A DNA stretch of 64,000 nt from Chrysomallon squamiferum (GCA_012295275.1 CM022665.1:47616001-47680000), one strand, 5' to 3'. Positions 1 to 14,650 are shown, counted from the stretch's first letter. The notes: generated by a model from the letters alone, not told the origin. Numbers and translations: made by a program.

Positions 1-781
1 ATATGACAGTGAAATGATGATATTTACAACAACAAAACAAAAAATGCAGATGAATATGTAAATATATAGATAAATTACAGTTATGTATTTTAGCAACTTA
101 CGTAAAATTTATATAAAATTAAAAATAAATATGTAATAGTAACACAGTAATAGCAATAAATGTGATCTCTTTTTTTTTACAGTAAGTTATGGATTTTTAT
201 TACATTTTTGTTTTTTTTATTGATTTAAAATTCTTTAGTTTCAGTGGAATAATAATAATAATATTAATAATAATAATAATAATAACAATAATAATAATAA
301 AATTAATAATAATAATAAAAATATTAATAATAATGATAATAATAAAAAAAAATTATAATAATAATAATGATAGTAACATCTTTATTGTACTCACATTATT
401 GTGTAGGTATAATGTATCCAGAGGGAGAGGGAGAGAGAGGGAGAGAGAGAGAGAGAGAGAGGGGGAGAGTTTTTTTTGTTGTTTTTTTAATTAAAATTTT
501 TTTTATCATTATTCTTAATTTAACAAATATATAACTGGGAAAATTATTTTCAACAAATTCAAAGTTTAAGCTGATGAATAACAAAATGATAAAAAAAAAA
601 ACTTGTCTGTATGTGAAAACTTCTCAGAATTAAAACGTACAAACAAACGCAAAGTAAAATAATCACTGTTAATGTTCTGAAAATACCACTGACAAATAAT
701 ACTTGTACGTCTTGTAATTAATTATTTTTCTATTGTACTTCTCAACAAACTCCTACCTTTAGTTACTAAATCATGTCTTAC

Positions 782-844
782 TGGCCTTTTTGTGAAATAA
801 TCCTAAAGTGGATAAAAAAAAAATACCTGACTGACTTGTAAGCT
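782..844 (-). CDS. Candidate NCX cassette microexon(s): 18 nt (844-827), 21 nt (802-782), or one 63-nt exon
   Basis: Splice signals only: TTTTGTTTTGCTACATTTGAATAG|AGCTTACAAGTCAGTCAG|GTATTT and TTTTTTTATCCACTTTAG|GATTATTTCACAAAAAGGCCA|GTAAGA. All three forms are stop-free in phase 1-1. No homology support. Confidence 0.3.
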
Positions 845-1059
845 CTATTCAAATGTAGCAAAACAAAAGATTAATTCTTGTTGAAGATTACGTGAACCAT
901 ATTTATAAAAAAATAAAAATAAAATACACAAAGAGACACACACACACAGAGAAACTCACACATTTCACATCACATATACACACAGAGATACACAAGTACA
1001 TATCTGCATCAAAGTAATGAGATGTTTTTATCTGCACTGGTTAAGAGATGTGTAATGAT

Positions 1060-1260
1060 AACAGAAAAACACACAGCCAATATTCTGTAAGCAGTTCTTA
1101 ACCACTGGTAGATAGGGGTCTGTTGTCATAATATCACACACACACATTCGTTGATGGGTCACAGGCAAGATTGGGAAATAGCACAGTTTGTTCAGTGAGG
1201 AAGACTGACCATGTTGTCTGTTATTCATTGGGACTAGACTCAAACCAGTGAAACTCCATG
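1060..1260 (-). mobile_element. Highly degenerate SINE-like fragment
   Basis: Minus strand GGTTTGAGTCTAG (B-box-like)...GCTATTTCCCAATCTTGCCTGTGACCC...AGACCCCTATCT. The similarity is weak. Confidence 0.3.
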
Positions 1261-2398
1261 ATAAAATAATTTAGATTTAAAAGTGAACTTGCGTATATGT
1301 TTTCACTCTATCACTCTCTGTTACTTTATGCTGTACATAAATTTAATTGTCTCTTTTCTTTCTCTCAAGTATTTCTTTTAAACTTTTCTTTTTTTCCCCT
1401 TAAACATCTAAACCAAAACAAAAGGTTCACACACAGTGTTACAATGAAAATGTATTAGTGTTTAACCTCTCCAAGATTCGAGATCAAAACAGTATATATA
1501 TATTAAAAAAAAATCTAGTAGACTAGTTATTACCATTTTTTCCTTTCATTTTAAAGGGTCTTTTTTCCTTTTATTTTTATTTTTTTTATATTTTTTATTT
1601 TTTTTATTTTTATTTATTTATTTTTTTTATTATTATTTTTATTTTATTTTATTTTTTATTTTTTTTTTATATTATTTTATTTTATTGTTATTTTTTTTAT
1701 TATTTATTGAAAAATGTATGTCTCTGCACTAGAAATGAATACAAACATTATTCAAAGATTTACCTTTCCCTTCAAGGTGCTTTTGTTTTCAACAAACTAT
1801 TTACCATTCCAGTACTGTTTAACACTAAGTATAATAAAAAAAAATAAAAAAAAATTCTATTTTATTTCTATGAATTAAGTGCATTTAAAATAAAAAAAAT
1901 TTTAAAAAATGTTGTTGCTAACTGTTAAAAGTACCATGTAGAAGAAATATTTTTCTTTCCTAAATAACAAACAAAACAAAACAACAGAAAAAAATAAAAA
2001 AATAAAACAAAACAGATATAAACCTTATCTTTCGACATGTGATAACATTTAATAATACATATTTGTTTAATTTTCTTGTTTATTACTTATATTTCATTAC
2101 AGTAAATAAATAAAATTATTTCTGCATTTCTTCTTACTCTCAAAAACTGAAGGGACATTATATATTTTTTTTTTTGTCCATAGACATCTAATTTTCTTGT
2201 TTGATGTTTTAATCTCTCTCTCTCTCTCTCTCTCTTTTACTCTCTCTCTCTTTTACTCTCTCTCTCTCTTACTCTCTCTCTCAAACACAAATAAATGCTC
2301 TGTCTCTCTCTCTCAAACACAAATAAATGCTCTCTCTCTCTCTTTCTTTCTCTCTTTTACTCTCTCTCTCTCTTTCAAACAAACACACAAATAAATGA

Positions 2399-2439
<41 letters not shown>

Positions 2440-2769
2440 TCCCCCTCCCTCTCCTTCCCTCTCACTCCCCCTCCCTCTGGATACACATTATACCTATAAA
2501 ATAATGTGATGTTGCGAGCATTTTTGCGTACATTAGTTGCTGAGAGCAATAAAGGCCTAAATTAGGTTGATTAGTTTGACATTTTGTTGCAGTTATTCAC
2601 GTTTTGCCCGGTTAGCGGTGCGAGCCTCTCTCTGTGAGTTGTGACGAGAAATCACCACCTCAGTCTTCTAGAAAAACAATCAATACTTTCCTGTCTGGCA
2701 GAATTTTGAAATAAAAATAAAAAAATAAAAAAAATAAAAAAATTATCGTTATTTGTAGTTCTTCTGCAC

Positions 2770-3330
2770 TTGTTAGTTTATGTAAATTTAAACTTTAATT
2801 TTGTTTTGTGTGTTAATTTATGTAAATTCTAAGTTTTCATTTCATTTTGAGGTTTTACTTATCTGTCTGTTAGTTTATGTAAATTTAAACTTTACTTTAT
2901 GGTTTTACTTACTCATCTGCTAATTTATGTAAATTTAAACTTGAATTTTGATTACAGTCTTATTTGTCTGTCAATTTATGTAAATCTATATTTTCATTTC
3001 ATTTGTGGTTTTACTTACTTATCTGTTAATTTATGTAAATTTAAACTTTAATTTTGATTACAGTCCAATTTGTCTGTTAATTTATGTAAATCTAAATTTT
3101 CATTTCGTTTGCGGTTTTACTCATCTGTCTGTTAATTTATGTAAATCTAAATTTTCATTTCGTTTGCGGTTTTACTCACCTGTCTGTTAATTTAGGTAAA
3201 TTTAAACTTGAATTTAATTAGTTCTCTTGTCTGTCTACTTGTTAACGTATGTAAATTTAAATTTTCATTTTCACTTCTAATCTCGTCTGTCTGTCTGTTA
3301 AGTTAGGTAAATGTAAACTTTAATTATAAT
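2770..3330. repeat. ~60-bp minisatellite, degenerate
   Basis: Recurring TCTGTTAATTTATGTAAAT(C/T)TAAA core. Confidence 0.85.
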
Positions 3331-5740
3331 TTCTTAACTCTGTCTCTCAACTTGTTAATGTACGAATATTTTCATTTCACTTGCAGTCAGTTCTACCACC
3401 CAATTTTGGGGAAATTTTTAAAAATTTAAACATTTTATTTGTTAATTTACATAAATATTTAAAAAAAAAAAAAACGTTCATTTTACTTCCACTCAGTTCT
3501 AAATTTAAACTTTAATTCTGTCTGTCTGTCTGTCTGTCATCATCATTATCTTGTCAAAAGATTATATTTTTGAACTTTTTTCGGTTCAGTCCTTTCTTTG
3601 TGTGGTATTCCTGCCATAATCAGTTGCCTTTACTTTTAAACCTTGTCTCTAATAAAAAAACTGACAACAGAACTCGTCGTTCAGTTTCAATTTCAACTAT
3701 TTGATGAACCATTTCAGTAATATCCAGCAAATCTGTCTGATGCCATTCTTAATATATGAGAAAAAAAAAAAAAAAAAAAAAAGACCTAATAAAGAAAGCA
3801 AATAATGTAGGAGAGAAAAAACAGCTTTTCTTTGTTAGAAGTGAGATAACTGTCGAATCAAGAAATTTATATTTGCCAACTTCAGTCCATATTTTTTTTT
3901 CAACCATATTATATTAGCGTCATTGACACTCAAATAAGTGGTTTGCAGATTAACAGTGAAGAAATGAGTGCTAATATGTTTTATTTTTTATTTTATTTTC
4001 ACAACGCTGTTGTAGGTATTAATAGAGAACTCAACAGCACTTCAGATGTCTGGTATTAAAACTTGTATAACTATTTATACTGCAATAATAATAAAATAAA
4101 AAAAATAATAAAAATTTTGCATAAATAATGTATAGAGTGAAATGTCATTTTAACACTCTTACAAAGAATAATACATTTTTTTTTTCCATTTCTTCTTGTT
4201 TAAAAAATAAAAAAAAAAAAAAAGGAAAAAAAAAAGAAAGAATAGAAGAAGGTTTTGTTAGTTATTTACATGAAATTTATGCACCAGTTTACGATATTAT
4301 TGTTGCAAGAACAACGAGCTCTGTTAGTTATTTTTGGTGAGGTGATTAAATTCACATTAGCAGAGACGTGTTGGGTACACAGAACAACACAGAACAACAC
4401 AGTAACACATGACTATTTAGTGAATTCTCGACTCTCTCTCTCTCTTGTGTGTGTAATATCGCATTTTAATTAACTTAGTACTGTGATAATATGTTTGACA
4501 TTTTCACTTCCATCACATTACTGGGACAAAAAAAAAATTACAGGCGCACTGTTTTTGCATTTACTAAAAAATGTGAATTATTCCATACAAACTGATGATT
4601 TTATGCCAGACCAGCACAAAAGCTATCCATCACACTTTGTTTTATGACAGATACACACACACACACATACATACACACACACACATACACAAATGGATAA
4701 CCTGTAATTTTACTGTGTGCAGTAAACAGTCTGATATGATTGCAGGATAGTAATTAGGCTGATAGAAGAGAGATACTTTCGGTGGATAAACAGCAAGGAC
4801 TGCCAGAGTCAAAGTCTAAACGATGGGCTCTTCGAATAAACAAAGTCTAAGCAATGGGCTAGTTCAGTAAACAACTCTTTGTCATAAAAATGACAGGGCA
4901 GAATGCATGCAGGTGCAATGGCTCAGAAGTCGGAATATTCAGTTGGTTCTTAATGTCTGGTATTTTTCAGCAAATTGCATTTCTGCAACAGAAACTGACT
5001 GACGCAGAATATCACTTAGAATTCCACATCTTCGGTATTTATATGCAGAAATCTCACATCTAGTCTTACATCTTTCTCTCTTTCTCTGTAATTATGCATC
5101 ATACTCATTTTTTGTTTTTTTTTGCCAGATGTAAATGATTGAACACTTTCTCTGTGATTATTCAAATTCCACATTGAAATTTATTCATATTTTTTATTTT
5201 TATTTATGTTATCCGTCATATAAGTTTCCCTTTATGTCAAATAAAACACTAAAACAATAAAACACTAAACCATTAAAACAGTAATCTGATGTTTGTGTAT
5301 GTCAGTGTTTGATATTTAAATTTCTGTTCATAATAATGTTTTGTGAATTTGTAAATAAATATCTGTGTTTTAAAAGGAAAACTTCATCAGAAGCAACATC
5401 TACAATTAATAAAATGACTAAAATTTATTTCCAGATCTGAAGAGAAAAAATTAAATAAATAAATAAATAAATAAATTTAAAAATAATAATAATAATAATA
5501 ATAATAATTAAAATAATAATAATAATAATAATAGTAATAATAATAAATATGTAAGTAAATAACTACATCCTAATATACTGAAATAAATGTCACCTTTACT
5601 TGGTATGTAAATGTAAAACATGTACATTAATTGAACATCCTCTAATGAACAAAACAAAAAACTGAAATTATTGTGTTTAATTAGCTAAGCAGACATATAC
5701 GTAGAATTAATTAGATAAAATCTTCATAAACCCAAATTAC

Positions 5741-5771
<31 letters not shown>

Positions 5772-5824
5772 ATCTTCTGTGCCTAAATCTCATTTTTGGT
5801 CAGTTGTAAAACTACCACGTTTTA

Positions 5825-6330
5825 TTTAAATACAATCAAAAGTACTGAACTAAAAGCTGAATTTCTTATCTATGCCTTTGTAAGATATTTATTTACTTGC
5901 AAAACTTGAAATTATTTAAATACATCCAAAATGCATAAAACAAAAAGCTGAATTGACTGTCTATGCCTTTGTAAGACATTTATTTACTTGCGAAACATGG
6001 AATTATTTAAAAATACAATCAAATGTAAAGAATTATGAGCTGAATTTCTTATCTGTGCCTTTGTAAGATAATTATTTACTTGTGAATCATAGGAATTAAT
6101 CAAATACATCCAAAATGCATAAAACAAAAAGCTGAATTGATTATCTATGTCTATATCAGACATTTATTTATTTGTGAATCACAGGAATTAACACAAAACA
6201 TCCAAAATGCATAAAACAAAAAGTTGAATGAATTATCTATGCCTTTATCAGATATTTATTCACTTTCAAATCACATGAATTAACCAAAAAACATCCCCAA
6301 AAACGCATTAAAAACACTAAAAGCTGTATC
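5825..6330. repeat. ~90-bp tandem repeat, about 5 copies
   Basis: Recurring CATCCAAAATGCATAAAACAAAAAGCTGAATT...CTATGCCTTTGTAAGA. Confidence 0.85.
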
Positions 6331-6337
6331 AATCACC

Positions 6338-6411
<74 letters not shown>

Positions 6412-7617
6412 AAACTTAATTACTTGTACAAGGTGGAATTAATCAAACACTTCCTATCATATCACAGAAACTTCTCTCATACGTAGTCGAAGTTAAAAAA
6501 AAACCAACAAAAAAACGTGGAATTAATTACGCACAGCCTAATACTACTACTACTACCACCACCACTACCACTACTACTACTAATGATAATGGGATGCTAC
6601 AAGCTACTTGTGTATCTGGGAGAACTTATATTCTCTCCGACATGTGTTTGCAATAATTGTGCCTGGTGGAGAGGTGATATAAATAAGACAGATGAGACAA
6701 GGTATGTAGTGAGTGCTTAGTCTCTCTCTCTCGTCTCATGTTTCCTGTCGTCTCTGTCTCTCTGTCTCTCTGTCTCTCTCTGCTCACTGTTACCAAATAC
6801 AAACACACATTGAGTGGTTGGAGATGAAATAGTAAGTGGTTAAGAAAGGTGATTCGTTCCATGATGCTTGACACCTCAAGCACACAACACACATACATAC
6901 ACACATTGATTGCAGTATGATAGGAGAAGAGCTGTAGTGGGTTATTCTTTTAATATGAAATTTAATATGAAAACATGAAAAAAAATAAATAAGTAGGTAA
7001 GTAAATAAATTAAAAAAAGAAGTAAATAAATAAATAAGTAAATAAATAAGCAAGTAAGTAAATAAATAAGTAATTAAGTAAATAAATAATTTAATAAAAA
7101 TTAATTAAAAATTTAAAAAATAAATAAGAAATGAATGAACAAATGAATATACATATATATATATATATATATAAATATGTAAAAAAAAATAATAAATAAA
7201 AGTGAATGAATGAATGAATATATAAATAAATAAAAGAATGTATTAAATATATATGTAAAAATATACAAATAACAAAGTAAATTCAGAAAAAAAAAATAAA
7301 AAAATAAAAAATAAGTAAGTAAGTAAGTAAGTAAGAAAAAAATAATATGCTGTGTTCTCCTTAAATACTAATTAAAAGTTGTTCTATAAACGGTTCTATA
7401 TTAGCTATCATAATTACAGGCTTCAACAGTGGAATACCCTATCCTCTGCATTATAAATCATGTTGACCATGTAATCAATATTTTAATTTTCTTTGCTAAT
7501 TTAATAGTTAATAATAAACAAGTTGGACGATAGCATTAAAATAATAATAATAAGAAGAAGAAGAAGAAGAAGAAGAAGAAAAAGAAGAAGAAGAAAAAGA
7601 ATGATAATGTTAATAGC

Positions 7618-7676
<59 letters not shown>

Positions 7677-7769
7677 AAATATTTTAAAAATCAAATACAA
7701 TCAAATAAGTGAAAAAATCTGTTTGATCCCAATACATAACAACACTAAACCATGCATCTATTTGTTCTA

Positions 7770-7945
7770 GTTGGGAGCAGTTTGTTCAGTAGCCTAGTTC
7801 CAGTTCCAACCCATTCCAAAACAACTGGATTATCAAAACACCATGTTTTAAGTGTTTTCCACTCTTTGGGAAGGTGCACTGAGCAGATATCTTCCTGCTA
7901 ACTTGTGAGAATAGCCCAGTGAGTGATTGCAGAATGTTTTATTTA
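7770..7945 (+). mobile_element. SINE core fragment (same family)
   Basis: TTCCAACC...ACAACTGGATTATCAAA...TGGGAAGGTGCAC...AGATATCTTCCTGCTAA...AATAGCCCA is colinear with the 45.4 kb copy. Confidence 0.55.
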
Positions 7946-8457
7946 TTGCATCTTTGCTGCATGTGAAATTTTAATACATAAAAATGTTTTAGGCAATATT
8001 AGCAAAGATTCAATTTTGTTATTTTGTTATTTATGGCAGTTTTTCATGTAGAATAAGATATAAATATCAGTTATGTGCTGGCTTAATTAAAATTTTTCTT
8101 TATGTTATGTTATAAATGTATAATAGTTAAAAACAAAAAAAGAAAACAAGTTATTACAATTATTGTTATAATTTTATTATTATTATTATTATTATTATTG
8201 TTGTTGTTGTTGTTCATGTTTTTATATATTTAATGGAGGATGAGTTTTTGTTGTTTTTCTCTTTCACATGAAAATACTGTTGTAAGCTTAAAAATGTTTA
8301 AGAAAAATGCTTTCAAAGTGTTGATTACAAGGAAACATAAATCACAAACAAACACTTTACAACGACACTGAAAAGGATGAACTAAAATAAAACATCTTTG
8401 TGAAAAAATTTTAAAAATTTAAAAATTTAAAAATAAAAGACTGTAAGAGGCTGTAAT

Positions 8458-8797
8458 CTTAAAGATTTTTTTGTCAATAACTGAAACTACCACCACAAAC
8501 CTAAACAGCAGGATCGTGACTTTTAAATTTTTCATTTTTATTTTTTTTTTAAAAAGACTTTGGCTGTCATCACAGAAAACATGAAAATATGTCTCAGTTC
8601 TGTTTTAAAGATAATAGACCATCAAAAGCTGCAGTGTTAAAGATTTTTTTGTTTAAAATCAATAACTGACTACCACAAACCTGAAAAGCAGTATCATGAC
8701 TTTTTTGAAAAAAAAAAAATTATTATTATTTTCTTTTAAAGACTTTGGCTGTCATCACAGAAAACATGAAAATATGTCTCACATGTGTATTAAAGGC
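8458..8797. repeat. Direct duplication, ~180-190 bp x2
   Basis: CTACCACAAACCT...AAAGACTTTGGCTGTCATCACAGAAAACATGAAAATATGTCTCA occurs twice. Confidence 0.85.
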
Positions 8798-11389
8798 AAT
8801 CAATATATTAAAAAATCTATCTTCACAAGTCATCTATCTAACCTGATAAAGTACGATAAAACTTTGTTATCTGTTTTCATACAAGAATAAACATAATGAG
8901 ATGCGATGTACATGTATTGCATGTTAATGTCATGGTCACCTTCCAAAACACGCTTGATGTGATTATTTTTTGTATGTACAGAGTATTCCAGTACAGTAAC
9001 ATTAATATGAAAATGTATTTTGTAAAAAAACGTTCAGTTTAGAATACTTGTTTCAAACCACGTTAATAAAATTAAATGTATCTTGAAGATTATTTCTGTA
9101 TCTTACAAGACATCATTCCTACATCATAGATTTTTATTCTGACTCTGTTTTAAGCTAAAGTTTAAATTTTTTTCAATTAGGAGGAAATGTTTGTTTTTTG
9201 GAAACAAACACATTATTATGTTGATAAAGTGTACATGAACACAGACAACACAGAAACAGCTACACAGTACACATATATACATGTACAAGACAATTCAGCA
9301 ACAGCTACACAAAACACACACACACATTACAGTATCAGTTACACACTACACACTACAGATACATGTGTACAAGTCAGAGATAAACAAATATCTGTCAGGA
9401 ATAATGCCTCACGGTCAGCAGTGGACAATGTCCATCAACAGCAGTGGACAATGTCCATCCCGATTCTACACCTTTTATTGATTCACCGAAACCGTGATTA
9501 AAGAAAATCACATTACAGACAGAAGCAATAGCTCCTTCCATCTCGTTGTTCATTTGCTGGGTTTTCCAATTCACACCAACCTGTAGAATGTGCTCAGAAT
9601 ATCAACAGATAACTTCCATCACCAGTCTTTGTTCAGACAAATGCCATTGTCTTTTTTCTTTTTATTTCTTTTTCACTTTAAGTAATACATACAAGTAGAC
9701 AGTTCTTTACAAAAGTTGTGTAATGCTTTTCTGCACTCTGCCAAGAAATGTGGGAATTGTTGTTTTGAGTTTATTTATTTGTCACGTAAGTAATAATCAC
9801 AATGACACAAGAGTTATTTTCTTGACCTTTTGTGTGTTGTGTGTGTCTGTCTGTGTGTGTGTGTGTTTTTTTGTTTTAAAACTTAATGAGTAAAATAAAT
9901 TATTTCTGCTATTGATTACAGTGTTGCATGTTGGATCAAAGGTCTAGTTTATCATGTCTAATTTTATTTTATTGAGATGCAAGAAAAAATATATTTTATG
10001 TTTTATTGAAAAGTGATGATAGAGATTAATTTTTTTTTTTTTTTTAAATTTAATTTAAATTTTTTTTTTTAATTTAATTAAATTTGTGGTGCATATTTTA
10101 ATGTCGGCAATATAAAAATGAAGAAACAAATTTAAATTTGTGTTTCTTTTTCTGCCAATACAACTTTTTATTTTATTTTTGGGGGTTTGTTTTTGTTTAT
10201 AGTTTTGTTTATATATATATATTTATATTTATTATTATTATATTAAATACAAACCAACCAATGCAAAAACCAACCAATAAAAAAGAAAACACATAAAAAC
10301 CAAAACAATCCAAAAAAAATCAATTACTTATATAGCTTTCCTTCTTTAATTTAAATATTTTATCAAAAGTTATAATGAAATTTCAAAAGCATCAACGAAC
10401 ACATCATCAGATACTAATTAAAATGATGCATGATGAATGATCACAGGGTTGATGCAACTCGCTGGTCTGTTTTTTCAATTCCAACAAGTGCTCTAAAACT
10501 GTGTGTTGTGATCTATGAAAACATGTGTGATAACAATCTCATTACTGACAAGTGTGGAGGGACAGTAAAAAGTCTTGTAATTCATATCAGTTACAAACTG
10601 TCTGATACCCAGTAACCTTTATCACAAAAACACTGTTAATCAGATATTCCCTCCTTAATCTACTTTTTCTATTATTATTGTTATTTTATTACTATTATTA
10701 TTACTATTATTTTTTTTTTTTTCTGTTATTATTACTTGTTTTTCTATTATTTTTGTTATTTTTATTACTTGTTTTTATTATTATTTTTGTTATTTTACTT
10801 GTTTTACTATTGTTATTACTGTTTTTATTATTATTATTATTTTATTATTGTTATTATTACTTATATTATTATTATTATAATAATTATTATTATTATTATT
10901 ATTATTATTATTGTTTTTGTTGTTATTATTATTATTATTGTTATTATCATTTCAAAAACATTTAAAAAAAAATAATAATAATAACAGTAAATAAATTTAA
11001 TAAAATAAATAAACAAATTTTGAAGTTATTTCAAAACACAACTCCATCTTTTAACTGCACTTTAATGGTTGCTGCTACATTAGGTAATTTCCATATTTCT
11101 GTTTGTACAGAAAATATACAAAACTTTTTTCTTTTTTTTTTTAATTTAAATTTTTTTTTTAATATAAAGCAAATAATGTATCAGTATCAAAATAACAAAC
11201 TATTATCTATACAATTATCTATCATCAATATTTACCTTTTGCACCTGTTTCCTTTAACGATGTGTTTATTGTAAAACAGGTAAAATGCTTTATCTTTCGT
11301 CTGTACTAGGTACAACGGAATCAATTCCACAACACATAATGTGTTCAAACACACAGTTATAAATTATAATAAACTTTTAACATTTCTTG

Positions 11390-11645
11390 ATGTAAACAAG
11401 AAAATATCGAAATGAGTGCTGTTTTTTTGATGTAAACAAGAAAATATCAAAATGACTGTTGTTATTTAACATAAACAAGAAAATATCAAAATTACTGTTG
11501 TTATTTAATATAAACAAGAAAATATCAAAATTACTGTTATTTGACATAAACAAGAAAATATCAAAATGACTGTTGTTATTTGACGTAAACAAGAAAATAT
11601 CCAAATGACTTTTCTTTTTTTTACATAAACAAGAAAATATCAAAA
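11390..11645. repeat. ~40-bp minisatellite
   Basis: TAAACAAGAAAATATCAAAATGACTGTTGTTATT, about 7 copies. Confidence 0.9.
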
Positions 11646-12892
11646 CGTCTGTTGTGTTGTTGTTTTTTTGCTGTTACATGTCTCCAGGTCACTACAACCT
11701 CTTCGTTGCACTTGTTATTGTGTGGGTGCCTGTGTCCCCAGGGGTAATTTCCCGCCCAGCACCGCCAGAAGCTATGAAAATTATCCAGATAACTTGTTAT
11801 AATAATGCCAAGACCTCAAGCACGGCAATTTTTCAATCAAACATTATCTGAGGCACATCTCCGAGGAACACACAAAGTTCAAGTCTGTATTAAACTCAGG
11901 AGACAGGAGAAGTCACAAATCAGTGGACTTTATTGAATGTTATCTTCTACAGACAGATGCCCACTGCTAGAAGTTAAAAAATTTGTGATTTTATTTTGTT
12001 ACGTAAGATTGCGATTAAACTAAAATAAGTTTGTAAGTTCGTGTACTGGAATTTTGTATCTTTATAAAGATAAGAACAAACAGCTGCCTATTTCTGAAAG
12101 TTAAATTTTTGAAGATCATTTGTTATATAAGGTTTCTATGAATCAGTAGTTTATGCAGTGAAATATTATTTCTTATAAAGATAAGAAAAGCAGCTGCCCA
12201 TGTCTGAAGTAAAATTTTGGAAGTTTATTTGTTATATAAGGTTACGAATAAACAGTTTCTATTAATTAGTAGGTTATTTAGTGGAATTTTATTTGTTATT
12301 CAAGATATGAAACTGAACAAATATCTTTTATAAATTGGTAGTTTATGCACACAAATTTTATTTTTTATATAAGGTATGGGGAACTAAAAAAAAACAGTTT
12401 TCTAAATTAGTAATTTATGTAACTGAACTTTTATTTCCTGCATATCAGTTGATAAAACAGTTTTTAAATTAAATTATAGCTTCAGTATAAAAAAAAAATT
12501 GTTTTTGGTGTTATTTTCGTTTTATGTTTCCAATAAAACATTTTAAATTAAATTAAAAAAAAAAACATATTGATTATTTTATAATATCATTTAGCACCAT
12601 TTCACATCTTTAACAACAGCAAAGAATCAGTTCTGTGAACTGGGACCCACAAAACCATCACCTCCTCATAAGACAGTGATCAGAAATAAATAAAAATGCC
12701 CAGTGGTCAATAAAAGCACTGACCGACAGCCATCACAAGAAGCTTTCTAAAGTACTGAGCTGTTGTTTTCAGAAGAACAACATTTACGTTAAGGTACAAG
12801 CAGGTCCTGAAACTGGCTGATAATACCAGTCACTCTGTTGATACAACAAGACTCCTCCACTGCAGTTTTATTCAGTGGTTTGTTATTATTAA

Positions 12893-12977
<85 letters not shown>

Positions 12978-13104
12978 ATTATTTATTTATTTATTTATTT
13001 ACTTACTTATTTACTTTCACACTTATTATTATTATTATTAATATTAATATTATTAATAATATTATTATTATATATTATATATTATTATTTATTTATTCAC
13101 TTAC

Positions 13105-13116
13105 TTCTACAATTTT
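13105..13116 (-). CDS. Candidate 12-nt microexon (ENCR)
   Basis: TTTGTGTTTTTGTTTTTTTAG|AAAATTGTAGAA|GTAAGT, frame-preserving in phase 1. Supported by splice signals only. Confidence 0.15.
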
Positions 13117-13589
13117 CTAAAAAAACAAAAACACAAAGGTTTTTTAAAAAAAAGATAATAATAATTATAATTATTACTCTCACATTAACAATGAATTAGT
13201 TAAGAGAATAACTGAATAGCCAGTCTTCGTTCAGCTATAACATTTCACCCAGTGCTTTATTCAAGCAAACAAAGGCACTCGAAACACATCAAACAAAAGG
13301 CTATATCAACAACGCATTTCATTGACTATTCAGCGTGTGTGTATTCCTGTAATGAATGCAGCTGTACAGGTTTTTAAGAATTATGTATGTGTATATATAT
13401 ATATATATGATACAGAACTGCAAAGATAATGAATTTACACACAGGCATAACATTATTGATTCACTGCAGTCAGTCGGCATCCCTTTACAACACACACCAA
13501 TGAGATTAGTCGATAAGAAACTCCATTATCTACAAAGTATTAAACCATGAATTATAGGTAAATGATAGCTTTTATTGATTCATAGCTAA

Positions 13590-14200
13590 GGTGTCGTCAT
13601 ACTGTTGTTATCCTACAGTACTGTGTGTCATACTGTTGTTATTCTACAGTACTGTGTGTCATACTGTTGTTATCCTACTGTATGTGACGCTGTTGTTATC
13701 CTACTTACGTCACACTGTTGTTATCCTACTGTATGTCACACTGTTGTTATCCTACTGTATGTCACACTGTTGCTTTATCCTACAGTACTGTATGTCATAC
13801 TGTCATTTTATCCTATAGTACTGTATGTCAAATTATATTATACTACAATACTGTAAGTCACATTATCATGTTATCCTATAATACTGTCTATCACATTATC
13901 ATGTTATCCTATAATACTGTCTGTCACATTATCATGTTATCCTGTAATACTGTCTATCACATTATCATGTTATTCTATAATACTGTCTGTCACATTATCA
14001 TGTTATCCTATAAAACTATCACATTATCATGTTATCCTATAATACTGTCTATCACATTATCATGTTATCCTATAATACTGTCTGTCACATTATCATGTTA
14101 TCCTGTAATACTGTCTGCCAGATTATCATGTTATCCTGTAATACTCTCTGTAATTATGTTATCCTACACTACTCTCTCATGTTATGTTATCCTGCAATAT
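13590..14200. repeat. ~28-33-bp minisatellite
   Basis: CACACTGTTGTTATCCTACTGTATGT grading into CACATTATCATGTTATCCTATAATACTGTCT. Confidence 0.9.
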
Positions 14201-14600
14201 TGTTTGTTAAATTATCATTTTTATTCTGCAATACCCTGCGTCACAATTATCATACCTATCATAATTATCATACACAGTATACCTCGTGAAATTATTATAA
14301 ACTTTACAATGTGTTACAATACTTCTGTATCAAAGCATAACAATGTATAACTATCACACATTTCTACAAACCAGCACCTCACATCATTATTACTATACAG
14401 TACTAACAATACTGGCTGTCATGGTAACACATTTATACAACAATGTTGCACACTGTTTTTAACCACATTTACATTATCATAATATATTCCTACAGCACTG
14501 TTAGATAAAGGCATTTATTTAAAGGATACATTAATGATTATAATATTTAAATAACTGGGGGGTAATAAAATAAATAATTAAATAAATGATGATGATAATA

Positions 14601-14650
<50 letters not shown>

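Noticed and set aside
1764-1824. Strong donors AAG|GTAAAT and ATG|GTAAAT with nearby acceptors
   Set aside because: The possible exons are frameshifting or contain an in-frame stop.
3634-3648. 15-nt frame-preserving microexon candidate (TTATTAG|...|GTAAAG)
   Set aside because: Weak donor. It shows the chance rate of such candidates in T-rich introns.
13591-14350. ORFs up to 210 aa with repeated CHIIMLSYNTV
   Set aside because: Translations of a minisatellite with no splice or homology support.
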